Under the pieces are notes generated by a model, which saw only the letters and a list, made by a program, of their open reading frames with translations, was not told the DNA's origin and searched no databases. A stretch of 64,000 bases of DNA from IMG/VR virus record IMGVR_UViG_3300005613_000028, positions 1-64,000 of that record; one strand, written 5' to 3'. The translations under genes and the position numbers were made by a program. This document shows positions 9,043-19,546 of the stretch, piece by piece. This stretch comes from a virus. Numbering within the stretch: the first letter of the stretch is position 1; the number at the start of each line of letters is the position of its first letter.

Positions 9043-9990
9043 ATGAAGAAGATTGAATTGGCTAAAGCCGAAGTAAAGAAAATTGGAATGGCTGAAAATC
9101 GTGACGAGCTCATTGCAAGAACTTTGGGTGATGTTTATGATTATGAACTTCCTATTCCTGAAGTAGTGGAATCTGTTTTTAGAACTGAAAGAGCAGATGT
9201 TGGAGAGCACGTTTATTATATGTCTCCTGAAGATGTTACTAAAGGTGTTTATAAGTTAACAAGTAACTGTACAGTTACTCAGGAAAAGGTTACTCCGTCT
9301 ACAAGAACTGAAGTTTCTTGGACTGATCTTATTTCTAAAGAGTTTTACGCATGTATCCCTGATTTATTGAAGGGTGATCATGATGTTTTGACTTTCATGG
9401 CTAAGGCGATTGAAGAAGCTATGAATAGAGAAGAAATCTACGGTGTTTTACAGTTGATTGATGCTGGTGCAGTTGCTCAAAGTAATGTATTCACACTTGA
9501 TACTGGTAAAACTAAGTTTGATTATCCTAAATTAGTTGAAATGGTTCGCTCAGTTGCTAAATACGGTAAAGAACTTGTTCTTATTACTGGTGCTAATGTA
9601 ACAACTGACATCGTTCTTATGAACTACGATGCAGACAAGAATCAGGCTATTAGTTTGAAGAGTGCTGGAATTTCTAAGCATCTTCCTATTGAGTCGCTTG
9701 ATGTAGAAATTGGTGGAGTTTCTAAAGATGTTATTTCTGACGATGTGGCTTATCTCGTTGCTGTTTCTGACAGTGCACAGAATAAACCTGGCGTTTTCGT
9801 TAGACGTAAATTAGAAGGTATTGAAGCTCCTGATACTGAAATAGTTAATAAAGAGCGTGCAGTTATTTCTACTGGAAATATAATGAACGCTGGCGCAGTT
9901 AGAAAATTCTCAAGAGGTAAAGCTGGTTTTGAGGAATATTCTTCTACGTTAGTTAATGTGAAATGTGTAGCTAAGTTTACTCGTAGCTAA
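9043..9990 (+). CDS. major capsid protein (putative HK97-fold)
   Basis: 315 aa with strong SD 'AAGGAGG', directly after the scaffold and followed by a GC-rich hairpin. The call rests mainly on position and size. Confidence 0.65.
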   Translation: MKKIELAKAEVKKIGMAENRDELIARTLGDVYDYELPIPEVVESVFRTERADVGEHVYYMSPEDVTKGVYKLTSNCTVTQEKVTPSTRTEVSWTDLISKEFYACIPDLLKGDHDVLTFMAKAIEEAMNREEIYGVLQLIDAGAVAQSNVFTLDTGKTKFDYPKLVEMVRSVAKYGKELVLITGANVTTDIVLMNYDADKNQAISLKSAGISKHLPIESLDVEIGGVSKDVISDDVAYLVAVSDSAQNKPGVFVRRKLEGIEAPDTEIVNKERAVISTGNIMNAGAVRKFSRGKAGFEEYSSTLVNVKCVAKFTRS

Positions 9991-10006
9991 AAAGTAGTAT
10001 ATAGAT

Positions 10007-10030
10007 GTGAGGGGATTAAATTCCCCTCAC
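10007..10030 (+). terminator. GC-rich hairpin after the capsid gene
   Basis: GTGAGGGGA / TCCCCTCAC, 9-bp stem with a 6-nt loop. It is one of the most GC-rich stems I noticed. No U-tract follows, so it may attenuate transcription or stabilise the RNA. Confidence 0.5.
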
Positions 10031-10052
10031 CCAAATTAAACAAAGGAATAAG

Positions 10053-10481
10053 ATGATTAGAACTATAAAACCTAAAGATAAAATTGATTTTATAGATTAC
10101 TGTTTTAAAAAGGGTTATGAAACAGATTTAAAAAAATTAAATAAACTTTTTAATGATACTCAAAAACGAAATACTAAATGTATGATCTCAGAAAATAAAG
10201 GATTTCAAGGTTTATTACTTGTTAAAAAAGAAAATGATAGAAATTATATTCATCTTATTATTGATAATAATAATATTGCACTACAATTAATGAAACAACA
10301 TATTTGGGGTTGTAAAACAGATTTATATATTAAATTTCCTAAATGGAGTGATTTAGTTAAGCAATTAACTAGATTAGGATTTAGAATTACTTCGAAGCGA
10401 GGAGATGCAACTGTAGATTTATTTCGTAAATTTGATAAAAAATTTTATTTTCCGACAAAAAGGATAAAAAACTATGAGTAA
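10053..10481 (+). CDS. hypothetical protein (142 aa)
   Basis: ORF between the capsid hairpin and the connector genes. No convincing motif found. Confidence 0.5.
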   Translation: MIRTIKPKDKIDFIDYCFKKGYETDLKKLNKLFNDTQKRNTKCMISENKGFQGLLLVKKENDRNYIHLIIDNNNIALQLMKQHIWGCKTDLYIKFPKWSDLVKQLTRLGFRITSKRGDATVDLFRKFDKKFYFPTKRIKNYE

Positions 10482-11088
10482 TACAACAAATATAATTACA
10501 AGCGTAAGAGGTTTAATTAAAGATACTTTAAATCCAGATGGAAGAAAAGTTTATGTTTATAGTACAGATGATAAATTTTTACTTCCTGAATCTTTTGTAT
10601 CTTCGACAACCATTCAAGTTTATTTAAATGGTAGTTTAATGGATACCCAAGATTGGAGTTATAGTTCTACTACAAATAAAGTAACTATTAACCCAATTAC
10701 TACTGGAGTAACTTTAACGAATGGTGATATAATTGAAATTAAATTTAGTTATTATGCTAATTATTCTGATTCAGAATTAATTAGTTATATAGAGAGTACA
10801 TTGTTATATTTTACTCAGAAAAGATATAAAAAATTATTTTATATGGATTCTAGTGATGTGATTAAAACTTATAATGGTATTAATCCAACTAAAGAAGAAG
10901 AATATATTATAGCTTTAATTTCAGCTATTAATATTGACCCTCAAAATATTCAAATTAGAACTAAAGAATGTACGATCTCTGCAGTTGAAAGTGCAAGTAA
11001 ATCTGAACAGATAGATAAAGTTTTTAGTAACTGGTTAAGAAATACTGGTGTTATTGAATTTATAGAGGATGAAGATTATGGATTGTAA
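10474..11088 (+). CDS. head-tail connector/adaptor region protein (putative)
   Basis: Position between the capsid and tail genes. Its start overlaps the upstream stop. Confidence 0.45.
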   Translation: MSNTTNIITSVRGLIKDTLNPDGRKVYVYSTDDKFLLPESFVSSTTIQVYLNGSLMDTQDWSYSSTTNKVTINPITTGVTLTNGDIIEIKFSYYANYSDSELISYIESTLLYFTQKRYKKLFYMDSSDVIKTYNGINPTKEEEYIIALISAINIDPQNIQIRTKECTISAVESASKSEQIDKVFSNWLRNTGVIEFIEDEDYGL

Positions 11089-11467
11089 TTCTTGTAAAAA
11101 ATTAATTAAAGAACTTGGAACTTATGTTGATGTATTTCTAAGAGATTCTACAACTAAAGGTGCAAATTATAATCCTAAATATGAAGCTGGTTCTACAGAA
11201 ACTTATCAAAATCCTATTTCTATAAAAGCTTATGTTAGAGATAAAAGTGCTAATAGTTTGATAATTAACCAATTGGGCTTGGTAGCTGTTGGAGCTAAAT
11301 CTGTGTTAATAAATGCGAGTGATGAATCTTATTTCCTAAATGCTGGAAAGATTCAAATTGATGGAGAAAATTATGAAGTTTATAATAATGCTACAGGAAA
11401 GAAATGTCAAATTTATGGTTATGGTTTAGGCTATAGGATAATTATTTTGTTTAAAAGTGGGAATTAA
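11069..11467 (+). CDS. head-tail joining region protein (putative)
   Basis: Positional call only, overlapping gene ends. Confidence 0.4.
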   Translation: MKIMDCNSCKKLIKELGTYVDVFLRDSTTKGANYNPKYEAGSTETYQNPISIKAYVRDKSANSLIINQLGLVAVGAKSVLINASDESYFLNAGKIQIDGENYEVYNNATGKKCQIYGYGLGYRIIILFKSGN

Positions 11468-11469
11468 GA

Positions 11470-11967
11470 ATGGGGAATTTTCTTACTGTTAAAATTACTA
11501 GAAATAAAAAGAATAAATATTATACACAACAAATTCAAAATTTATCAACTAAACATACTTTTGTATTATCTAAAGAAACTGAAAGAATAATTAAAGAAAA
11601 AATAAGAGAATCTATAAAAAGGCCAGGTTCTACTGGAACTTTGGCTGAAGCTTTTGAAACTTATACAACTTTAAATGGGCATGGAGTTGGAAAAATAAGT
11701 TATTTGAATAAAGTAGTTCCTTATTGGCGACATCAAGATGCAGGTTCTGAAGCTATTGGAGCTAATTGGCGACACAGGGTTCCTAGTGGCCAATTCAGTC
11801 CTGGAGAACCAAAACCCGATTCAAGTTCTTTTCAGGCAGGGAGATGGAGTGAAGGTGGAAAATATGGTTTTATTCCCACTCAACCAATTCCAGCTAAGAA
11901 TTATATTATTCGTACTTTAGCAGAAATTTTACCTAATATACAAAATATACTAAGGACTATAAAATGA
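11470..11967 (+). CDS. head-tail joining region protein (putative)
   Basis: Positional call only. Confidence 0.4.
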   Translation: MGNFLTVKITRNKKNKYYTQQIQNLSTKHTFVLSKETERIIKEKIRESIKRPGSTGTLAEAFETYTTLNGHGVGKISYLNKVVPYWRHQDAGSEAIGANWRHRVPSGQFSPGEPKPDSSSFQAGRWSEGGKYGFIPTQPIPAKNYIIRTLAEILPNIQNILRTIK

Positions 11968-12434
11968 GTTTAGATTGGGGTACAATAACTAATATAGAAA
12001 GTTCTATACAAGATTTTTTAACAGCGCAAGCGAGTAGTGATGCTGTTAATGTATCTGTAAGAGTAGGAGAAAAGTTTGATAATGAATGGACTTTACCTAC
12101 TATACAGATTTATGTTGATTCGAAACTATTACCTAGATTAGAAATAGGTTCGAATAAACGACAAATAACGTATACTGTTATTATGGAAGTTAGAGCTACA
12201 AATGCTTTTGAAAGGGCAAATTTAGCAGATTGGGCAGAAACTTCAATTAATAATGGTTTCACATATTATTCCTATTCTGCTAATCTAAGTGACCCAGATA
12301 ACCCACAGCGAGTGAGTGAGGGGCATGCTGACTTAGATTTTATTTCTAGCGGAAAAGTGAATTTGGGTGATAATGTAAGTGAATACGATAAATGGAGATA
12401 TAGAATCTCCTTTAGAACTTGGATACCTACATAA
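11964..12434 (+). CDS. tail completion/terminator-region protein (putative)
   Basis: Positional call only. ATGA overlap with the upstream gene. Confidence 0.4.
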   Translation: MSLDWGTITNIESSIQDFLTAQASSDAVNVSVRVGEKFDNEWTLPTIQIYVDSKLLPRLEIGSNKRQITYTVIMEVRATNAFERANLADWAETSINNGFTYYSYSANLSDPDNPQRVSEGHADLDFISSGKVNLGDNVSEYDKWRYRISFRTWIPT

Positions 12435-12679
12435 GGAGTATAACAACAATGGATTATGGTTTAATTAGAGCAATTATCAGTATATTATCTTTTGTAGTTA
12501 TGATAAGTATGGCAATAGCTGGCTGGATAGCTTTTAAGAAAATTACATCTAATCATTTGCTTCATCTTGATGAGGATATAAAAGAATTAAAAGCTGAGGT
12601 TAAAATTAATGTTGGTAATATTGCCAAAATACAGACTGATGTTGCTATAATTGCAACAAAATTAGATAGTAAAAAATAA
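12419..12679 (+). CDS. small N-terminally membrane-anchored coiled-coil protein
   Basis: The likely true start is ATG 12449 (AAGGAG 9 nt upstream), giving MDYGLIRAIISILSFVVMISMAIAGWIAF (TM helix) followed by a coiled coil. Confidence 0.5.
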   Translation: MDTYIRSITTMDYGLIRAIISILSFVVMISMAIAGWIAFKKITSNHLLHLDEDIKELKAEVKINVGNIAKIQTDVAIIATKLDSKK

Positions 12680-12704
12680 GGAATTAATATAGGAGGAACA
12701 AGAT

Positions 12705-13943
12705 ATGGCAGAACAAGCAATTAGACATGCTTCCGCAGTAAAGCCGATAACTATTCCTGTTAAGGCAGATGTAACACCTGATAATGTGGATAGAGTTCAG
12801 TCTTTTAGCGGAGGAGTTAGTCAGCCAAGCGAAAAAGTATATGAACTTGGTCGTTTGGATAAAGTTTGTACTGATAAAGGAATTCTTGAACAATCTACTT
12901 CTATAACTCAGTTGGAATATGGTAAGATAGATGTATTTCTACAGTTAGCAGGATTATCTGCAGAACCTTCTGGTGGACTTGAACTTAGTGATTTTAATTC
13001 ATCTCTAACGGACATCTATATGCCAGGTAAAACTGAATATGGTGGAACAGTTGAACAAACACTGTGGCTTCAGAAGATGAGTGTTGATTCTATAGGATTA
13101 GACATTTCTGATGCAGAGGCTAAAATTGAAAGGTCTTTTGAATTAAGTGGAGATAAATTTAAAATCTTGAAAGATGCGAACAAATATCTTATTTTTCAAG
13201 AGGATGATGCTCCTACAGGTACATCAGGAAGTTATGATATTACTTTAAATGATCCAGTACCTGTTGAAGACCCAAATAACGCTGGTGTTTATATTCTTCA
13301 ATTGTATAGAATTCGTTCAGGAGTTGCAACTCAGTTGGAAATAACTACTGATTATACATATACAAATGGAACTAATATTCTTAATATTATTGCTGGTTTG
13401 GCTGGCGATAATTATAGAATTTGGTATTCTGCTGGCTCTTATGGGAGTGCAGGAGACCCATTTGTATTAAATGATGCAGATGATTGTTTTTTGAAAGCTG
13501 AAAATGTAACGGTTTTAATTAATGATGGAACTCATGCAGACCTTGAGTTAGATTTGCTGACTTCTCTTTCTATTTCAGCTACATTAAATAGAATTGATGA
13601 AGCAGTTATTGGTAGTGATGAAAAGGTTTTAAGAGATGTAGAGACTACTGATGTTACAGTTAGTTTAGGTGGGCGTATTAAAGGTTCTTCTATCGAGGAA
13701 GCTTTAATGGCTCAAGCTGGACAATCTCATGGTATTTTAGACCCTGATTTGTTTAGTGAAGTTTCTGTAACAGTTAAGATTTATGAAGATTCTACAAAAT
13801 CTTCTTTCTTAATTGGTTATAAAATGACTGGTTTAGATTTTAGTGATGAGTCGAGAGACTTTGATGCTAATGCTTTTGGTACTAAACCAATAAATTTATC
13901 TGGAACTAACCTTCTTATAACTGAATCTGAAGGAAATCTTTAA
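12705..13943 (+). CDS. putative major tail (tube) protein, 412 aa
   Basis: Strong SD 'AGGAGG' and a GC-rich hairpin downstream, matching the capsid gene. Followed by helical chaperone-like ORFs and the tape measure. A sheath role is not excluded. Confidence 0.45.
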   Translation: MAEQAIRHASAVKPITIPVKADVTPDNVDRVQSFSGGVSQPSEKVYELGRLDKVCTDKGILEQSTSITQLEYGKIDVFLQLAGLSAEPSGGLELSDFNSSLTDIYMPGKTEYGGTVEQTLWLQKMSVDSIGLDISDAEAKIERSFELSGDKFKILKDANKYLIFQEDDAPTGTSGSYDITLNDPVPVEDPNNAGVYILQLYRIRSGVATQLEITTDYTYTNGTNILNIIAGLAGDNYRIWYSAGSYGSAGDPFVLNDADDCFLKAENVTVLINDGTHADLELDLLTSLSISATLNRIDEAVIGSDEKVLRDVETTDVTVSLGGRIKGSSIEEALMAQAGQSHGILDPDLFSEVSVTVKIYEDSTKSSFLIGYKMTGLDFSDESRDFDANAFGTKPINLSGTNLLITESEGNL

Positions 13944-13955
13944 TATATAAGTTAA

Positions 13956-13981
13956 GGGAGAGAAGGTAAAACTTCTCTCCC
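13956..13981 (+). terminator. GC-rich hairpin after the major tail gene
   Basis: GGGAGAGAAG / CTTCTCTCCC, perfect 10-bp stem with a 6-nt loop. Confidence 0.5.
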
Positions 13982-14000
13982 AAATGTAAGGGAGTTATGT

Positions 14001-14270
14001 ATGATTTATAATATAAGCGAGGAGTTTATTAAGTCTATTTGTAAAGCTCAGAAATATACTTTAATTGGTAAATTAATGAAGCGTTATGAAGTATTATTTG
14101 ACCAAAAAGATTTATCATCCTCAACTAGAAAAAATTTATTACGCCAACTAATTAAAGAATTAGTTCATGAAAATTTTCGTGATTTAGAAAATCAAATTAT
14201 TTGTTATTCTAAAGGTTTACAATATTATAAAGTAACTTTACAATCCCCTATTGATTCTCAAAAGAATTAA
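14001..14270 (+). CDS. hypothetical protein (89 aa)
   Basis: ORF after the hairpin, in the tail module. Confidence 0.45.
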   Translation: MIYNISEEFIKSICKAQKYTLIGKLMKRYEVLFDQKDLSSSTRKNLLRQLIKELVHENFRDLENQIICYSKGLQYYKVTLQSPIDSQKN

Positions 14271-14934
14271 GATAGGGGTTTTATATGTATGGGAGGATTG
14301 TATGGAAACAGAACAAAAAATAAAAAATTTACAGGAATTGGTTGACGAATTAAATATTGATCTTTTAGATGATTCTATTGTTAAGTCGAATATGTTGCCA
14401 TTTTTATATAAGGAAGAATTATATAGGGTAAAAATGCCAACCCAGTTAGATTTGACTTTAGCCAAAGAACTTGAAGATAAATTAAAAATTAAACTTTTAA
14501 AAGCTAATGATACTATTACAAGAAAAGCTTTAGTTAAAGTATTAAAAGAAAAACAGGATATTGATATTGATGCTTTAGAGGTTCAAAAACTTCGATATGC
14601 TGATAAATTAAAAGATTTATATATGTCATTAGCCACATCGAATGATAAAGAAAAGAATAGAATTAATAAATTAAAAGATTTAATAGATAAAACAAAGGCA
14701 CAACATTTACAAGTTTCAGTAGAAATTAGCGATTATCTATCTCCTAGTATTGAAAATCAAGTTGAAGTAGCTTATATTAAATATTTAACTACTGTATGTA
14801 CTGAAAAACATATTAAAGATGATGAATGGAAATTAATTTGGCCATCACAAGAAGATTTTGAGAAAGATAGAAGTTCTTTACCAAATATGGCTAATCTTTG
14901 TTTTTCAAGGTTATTTTTAACTTTAAGGAGTTAA
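14251..14934 (+). CDS. tail assembly chaperone-like helical protein
   Basis: The likely true start is ATG 14302 (GGGAGG 5 nt upstream, METEQKIKNL..). Helical and charged, located upstream of the tape measure. Confidence 0.45.
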   Translation: MILKRIKIGVLYVWEDCMETEQKIKNLQELVDELNIDLLDDSIVKSNMLPFLYKEELYRVKMPTQLDLTLAKELEDKLKIKLLKANDTITRKALVKVLKEKQDIDIDALEVQKLRYADKLKDLYMSLATSNDKEKNRINKLKDLIDKTKAQHLQVSVEISDYLSPSIENQVEVAYIKYLTTVCTEKHIKDDEWKLIWPSQEDFEKDRSSLPNMANLCFSRLFLTLRS

Positions 14935-14935
14935 A

Positions 14936-15316
14936 ATGACTGATGAACAAGAAATTAGAAAATTAGCTCGGAGCGATTATTGGCAAAATTTATATAAATC
15001 TTTTAAAGATGGTTCTGGAATTTATTTATTTGAAAATAATATTAATTTTAGTGGATTACAGGCTTTATTTTTATATTGGTTAAATATTTATGATTTATTA
15101 TTTAATGAACTTAGGGATAAAGAATGGATATATTTGAGTGCAGAAGTAATTAAAGATGATACTCGGACTGATGCTTTTCTTTATTATAGAGGAAAAGAAT
15201 TAGAAAAAATTATTAGAAAAAATAAATTAGAAGAAGAAAAAGGAAGAATAAAATCCAAAGGAAATCACAAAGGAGATGTTACTCCATTTTCCATTGAGAT
15301 GATTCGAGGCGAATAA
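14936..15316 (+). CDS. tail assembly chaperone-like protein
   Basis: Own AAGGAG and ATG, immediately upstream of the tape measure. Confidence 0.45.
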   Translation: MTDEQEIRKLARSDYWQNLYKSFKDGSGIYLFENNINFSGLQALFLYWLNIYDLLFNELRDKEWIYLSAEVIKDDTRTDAFLYYRGKELEKIIRKNKLEEEKGRIKSKGNHKGDVTPFSIEMIRGE

Positions 15317-15319
15317 ATT

Positions 15320-17821
15320 ATGGAAGATTATGTAATTCATTATGGAGCGGATACTTCTGATGCTGTTAGACAAATCCGTAAATTAGATGCTATTAATGCA
15401 ACAATGGCTAAATCTTTGGGAAAAAATTTTCAAAGAGCTACAGATGTTATTAAAACTAGCCTTTCCCAAATTTCTCAAACTAAAGGAGTTAAAAAAGTTG
15501 GGAAAGATTTTAAAACAGTTACTACAGAAGTATTTCAAGCTGGAACGGTAATTAAAACTACTAATGGCAAATATAAAAATTTTATAGAAACTTTAACAGT
15601 TGTAGATGGTAAATTAAAGAAAACTAAAGGCTCTTTAAAAGATGTAACTAAACAATATACTCAAACAGTACAAAAAACCCAAAAAGCTTCTAAACATACC
15701 AAAACTTTTGGTGAAAATTTAGCTTTTTTAGGAAAGCGAGCTCTTTTAGTTATACCTGTATGGTTGCTATTAAGAGGAGCTATGACTGCAGTTATTAGTT
15801 TATTTAAAAATGGTGTAAAAGATATTATTGAATTTGATAAAATTTTACAAAAAGCTAAACAAAATTTGCAAGGCACTGGGGCAGAAATAGAAAGGAATTT
15901 TAAAAGATTAAAAACTTTAGTTACCAAATTATCTTTGGAAACTGGAAAAGGTGTAGAAGATATTACTAGTGCATTTCAGAGATTTGCAACTGTTGGTTTA
16001 GGTTTTGAAGAAGCTTGGGCAGGAGCCGAAGCATCTACTAAAGCTTCTATAGTTTTATTTGGGGATTCTGAAAAAATTGCCAACTCTTTAGCTCGTACAT
16101 ATAAAGTATTAGGTAAGACTATGGATTCAAATTTAACTCCTAATGAAAAAATGTTAAAAATAGTTGCACAATTACAACAACAATGGAAGGTCAATGCTTT
16201 TACGATTAATGAAATGGCTGGAGCTTTGGAGAGATTTGCTCCTGTAGCGAATACTGCTGGATTTTCTATGGAACAAACTATTTCTTTACTTTCAAGTTTA
16301 CAATCTGCAGGGATTAGAAGTACAAGAGCAGGGCGTTTATTAAGTACAGCAATCATTAAAATGACACAAAATTTAGATAAATTAGCACCTGTATTAGGTA
16401 TTAAAGTTAATCCAGCTATGGATGATACATTTACAGTTTTTAGACGTGTGTTATTAGCTATTAAAGATTTAAATAAACAGAGTAAATTAGCTCCAGAAGC
16501 TACTGAAGCTATTGCAGACATTTTCGGTGGAGTTCGAGGTGGACAAACTGTTAGAGCTTTGATTGCATTGCATGATACTTTGGAGAATAATTTAAAATTA
16601 ACTGGAGATATAAAATTATTTAATAAAGCTTTAGCAGAAGTTACAGATTCTATTAGTCGCCAAGCTGAAAGATTTAATAATTTAAAGAAAGAAGCTGGAA
16701 AGGCTTTATTAGTCGGAATAACAGGAGCGGATGATTTTAAGGATTCTCTAAAAGCTGTTAATACCGCTATGAGTGTTTTAGTTGATACAGGCTCAGTTGT
16801 TGGGGAAACTATTGGAAAACTATTCGCTTTTAATATAGCTTCTCCATATGGTTCAATTTTAGTGGATTTAAAGAAAATTAGGGATTATGCTACTGAGATT
16901 CATTTTGATATAAGTCAAGCTTTCGCTGATAAATTAAATGCTGATGAATTGATTAACTTATTAGCTAGAATAAGAATATCTATGGAAGAGGGAACTTTTC
17001 AAATAGATAAAAGAACAATAGATATATTAAAAAATAAATTAAAAGATTTAAAATCAGGAGTAAAAAAAGAGTTAGAAAAAGGTAAAGATATTGAAGTTGA
17101 GGTTCCAGTTACTTTATCTGTTAGACAACAAGAAGAAATTGGAGAACAGATTTTAAAGTTGGAACTGGATAGAATAAAAGCTACAGGAGCTTTAGAATCT
17201 CAATTATTATTAGCTGAAAAAACTTTGGCTAAACAATTGGGATTATCCAGAACCAATTTGGATTTAGTTAAAAAAGAACTGGAATACCAATACGCTTTAA
17301 CACAAGAAAAGAAAAATCAAACTAAATTACAATCTGATACTATTAAACTTTTTAAAATAGCTCAGACACATGGAACAGAAACTGCAAAAAGAATTGGAGA
17401 TTTATTATCAGGAGATATAGATTTATCAGATTTTGGTCGTCGTTATAAAGATGAATTAGAGGTTGTTAAGAAAGAATTTAAAAGTTTTTTTGAAACGCAA
17501 CAAGCTTTGCAATTTTTTAAAGGTGAAAGAGTTACGCAAGATCCAACCTTGCGTGGTGGGACAAGAATTATAATTCCAGATGAGGCTATCAGAGCTGTTA
17601 GACCAAGAACTTATGATCCAACTGTAGCCTTAAAACAAATTAAAGCTGAACGTCAATTATTAAGAATGGAATCTCAAGTTGATGTAAATATAGAAGCAAA
17701 ATTAGACCCTGCAGATTTAAAAGGTTTTGCTGAAAAGATTGGTTTAGAAGTTGCTAATAGTTTAAAAACTAAAGGAACTAAGATTAATGAAGCTTTAAAT
17801 GAAGGAATTAGTAATTATTAA
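15320..17821 (+). CDS. tail tape measure protein
   Basis: 833 aa, long helical protein with a hydrophobic segment 'LAFLGKRALLVIPVWLLLRGAMTAVISLF'. Canonical position in the tail module. Confidence 0.85.
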   Translation: MEDYVIHYGADTSDAVRQIRKLDAINATMAKSLGKNFQRATDVIKTSLSQISQTKGVKKVGKDFKTVTTEVFQAGTVIKTTNGKYKNFIETLTVVDGKLKKTKGSLKDVTKQYTQTVQKTQKASKHTKTFGENLAFLGKRALLVIPVWLLLRGAMTAVISLFKNGVKDIIEFDKILQKAKQNLQGTGAEIERNFKRLKTLVTKLSLETGKGVEDITSAFQRFATVGLGFEEAWAGAEASTKASIVLFGDSEKIANSLARTYKVLGKTMDSNLTPNEKMLKIVAQLQQQWKVNAFTINEMAGALERFAPVANTAGFSMEQTISLLSSLQSAGIRSTRAGRLLSTAIIKMTQNLDKLAPVLGIKVNPAMDDTFTVFRRVLLAIKDLNKQSKLAPEATEAIADIFGGVRGGQTVRALIALHDTLENNLKLTGDIKLFNKALAEVTDSISRQAERFNNLKKEAGKALLVGITGADDFKDSLKAVNTAMSVLVDTGSVVGETIGKLFAFNIASPYGSILVDLKKIRDYATEIHFDISQAFADKLNADELINLLARIRISMEEGTFQIDKRTIDILKNKLKDLKSGVKKELEKGKDIEVEVPVTLSVRQQEEIGEQILKLELDRIKATGALESQLLLAEKTLAKQLGLSRTNLDLVKKELEYQYALTQEKKNQTKLQSDTIKLFKIAQTHGTETAKRIGDLLSGDIDLSDFGRRYKDELEVVKKEFKSFFETQQALQFFKGERVTQDPTLRGGTRIIIPDEAIRAVRPRTYDPTVALKQIKAERQLLRMESQVDVNIEAKLDPADLKGFAEKIGLEVANSLKTKGTKINEALNEGISNY

Positions 17822-17833
17822 GGAGATATATTT

Positions 17834-18241
17834 ATGAGTTTCGTACCGAGTTATATAATTTATGCCAATGATGGCGCAACTCCTGTGTATGATATAGAAT
17901 ATGTGCAAGGAGATAATTCTCCACAAGACCCAAAAAATTATATTACACATATAGGTGTTAGAGGTCAAGGGAGTATCATAGCTGAGGGTAGTGATGAATC
18001 ATGGGATTTAATTATTGATTTTTTATTACATGGCGACGATTATGAAGATTTGATAGCTAAAATAGATACAATGGAAACTACTATTGTAAAAAATACAGAA
18101 TATTATTTAAAAATTGGAAGAACTTCAAGTACAACTAAAGATTATAAAGTTAAACGATTGGTTCCAATTCAATGGTCAGCTAGTCGCAGAGTGTTTACAC
18201 AAAGAGGGCAATTAATTTTAAAAGTTGATTCTTGGGCATAA
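17834..18241 (+). CDS. tail-tip region protein (hypothetical)
   Basis: First ORF after the tape measure. Confidence 0.45.
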   Translation: MSFVPSYIIYANDGATPVYDIEYVQGDNSPQDPKNYITHIGVRGQGSIIAEGSDESWDLIIDFLLHGDDYEDLIAKIDTMETTIVKNTEYYLKIGRTSSTTKDYKVKRLVPIQWSASRRVFTQRGQLILKVDSWA

Positions 18242-18256
18242 CTAGGAGGATGTTAA

Positions 18257-18904
18257 ATGGCTAATTTAATTGTGGCTGTTAATAATAGTACAACGGATGG
18301 GGAATATGGGGCTACTGGAACTGTCTGGACAGATATAGCTACTGGAGATGGTAATGATTATTTAGTTTTTACCAAAGGTGATAATGTAGTCAAAGATGGA
18401 GAGCCTATTCCTTCACAATCTGAATTAATTCAAGCTGGAATGATTTTAAATGGGTCTCAACAAGTTGTTTCTAAATATCTTTTGGCTGATATTTCTGCAA
18501 ATGAATTAAAAGAGATTGATAATATGGGAAATCAGAATAAGAGATATGTTATGGCGTTTTCTTTTGATGATGCTACAGCGTCTGAACCTGTCCTTGAATT
18601 ATGGGATGATACTGATTTAGATTCTGTTGATGTCATAACTCTTGGAGCAGGAACTCCTTCGAGTTCTTGGTGGAGAGGAATCACTACTACAGATGCTTTA
18701 CCTGGTGCAGATTGGGCTTTAACTGGTAGTTTTAAGAGATTAGCTGGTGCATCAGATGGATATTTTTTGTGGTTAAATAATGAAAATGGTGCATTAACTG
18801 GAGCAGATGTATTATATTGCAATTTAGCTATTGTAATCCCTGCTTCCTCAACTGTTGGCGGTTCAGCTACACCAGTATGGGCTGTGAAATATAATTCTAA
18901 TTAA
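18257..18904 (+). CDS. tail-tip/baseplate region protein (hypothetical)
   Basis: AGGAGG SD. Position only. Confidence 0.45.
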   Translation: MANLIVAVNNSTTDGEYGATGTVWTDIATGDGNDYLVFTKGDNVVKDGEPIPSQSELIQAGMILNGSQQVVSKYLLADISANELKEIDNMGNQNKRYVMAFSFDDATASEPVLELWDDTDLDSVDVITLGAGTPSSSWWRGITTTDALPGADWALTGSFKRLAGASDGYFLWLNNENGALTGADVLYCNLAIVIPASSTVGGSATPVWAVKYNSN

Positions 18905-18924
18905 GAATAAAGGACTTATGAATA

Positions 18925-19530
18925 ATGACAATCATTCGTAGAATTGATTATTCTTCTAATAAAGCCATTGGTGCTATAGTAATAGATTCAACAAAAAAAT
19001 CTTTATGGATAGCCTATAAAAAAAATTTGTCAAATAAATGTTTATTAAAACGTGTATCTGCATTTAATCCAAATCAACTTTATTATTCAATAGAAATTGA
19101 AGTAGATGAAATTAAAAAATTAACGATTTCTGGTGATTATATTTATTGTGCATATGAGGATTCGGCATTAATTGGGGCTAGATATTCTACATCAAATCCA
19201 TTAACTACATCAACTGATTTTTCTATTCCTTCAGGTATTACAGAAGCTCCAGTAGACGTTTTAGTTTCTAATTCTGATTTATGGTATTTAATACCAGGCA
19301 CAGCAACTGGTGAAAATGCTAAGTTAATTAAATTTTCAACTACTGGAACTTATGATGAAACTATTGATTTAAGTGAAACTGGTAATATAATAACAAATGC
19401 AGTTTCTTTAACAGAAGATACAGGAACTGGAGATTTATATATAGTAACAAATAATTCACCTTCAGAGTTAGTGAGGGTATATCAAACTACAGGTGGAAGT
19501 TATGAGTGGGAAGTAACTTCTTTATCTTAA
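18925..19530 (+). CDS. tail-tip/baseplate region protein (hypothetical, beta-rich)
   Basis: Position only. Confidence 0.45.
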   Translation: MTIIRRIDYSSNKAIGAIVIDSTKKSLWIAYKKNLSNKCLLKRVSAFNPNQLYYSIEIEVDEIKKLTISGDYIYCAYEDSALIGARYSTSNPLTTSTDFSIPSGITEAPVDVLVSNSDLWYLIPGTATGENAKLIKFSTTGTYDETIDLSETGNIITNAVSLTEDTGTGDLYIVTNNSPSELVRVYQTTGGSYEWEVTSLS

Positions 19531-19546
19531 AAGAGAGGATTGGAAA

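Noticed and set aside
14251-15316. Programmed -1 frameshift between the two chaperone-like ORFs upstream of the tape measure
   Set aside because: The downstream ORF is in the +1 frame, not the -1 frame, and has its own AAGGAG and ATG. I found no X XXY YYZ slippery heptamer near the end of the upstream ORF.
15661-16521. Track ORFs 15661..15927 (-) and 15976..16521 (-) inside the tape measure gene
   Set aside because: They lie antisense to a well-supported 833-aa gene inside a purely + strand operon. They have no SD or start context.
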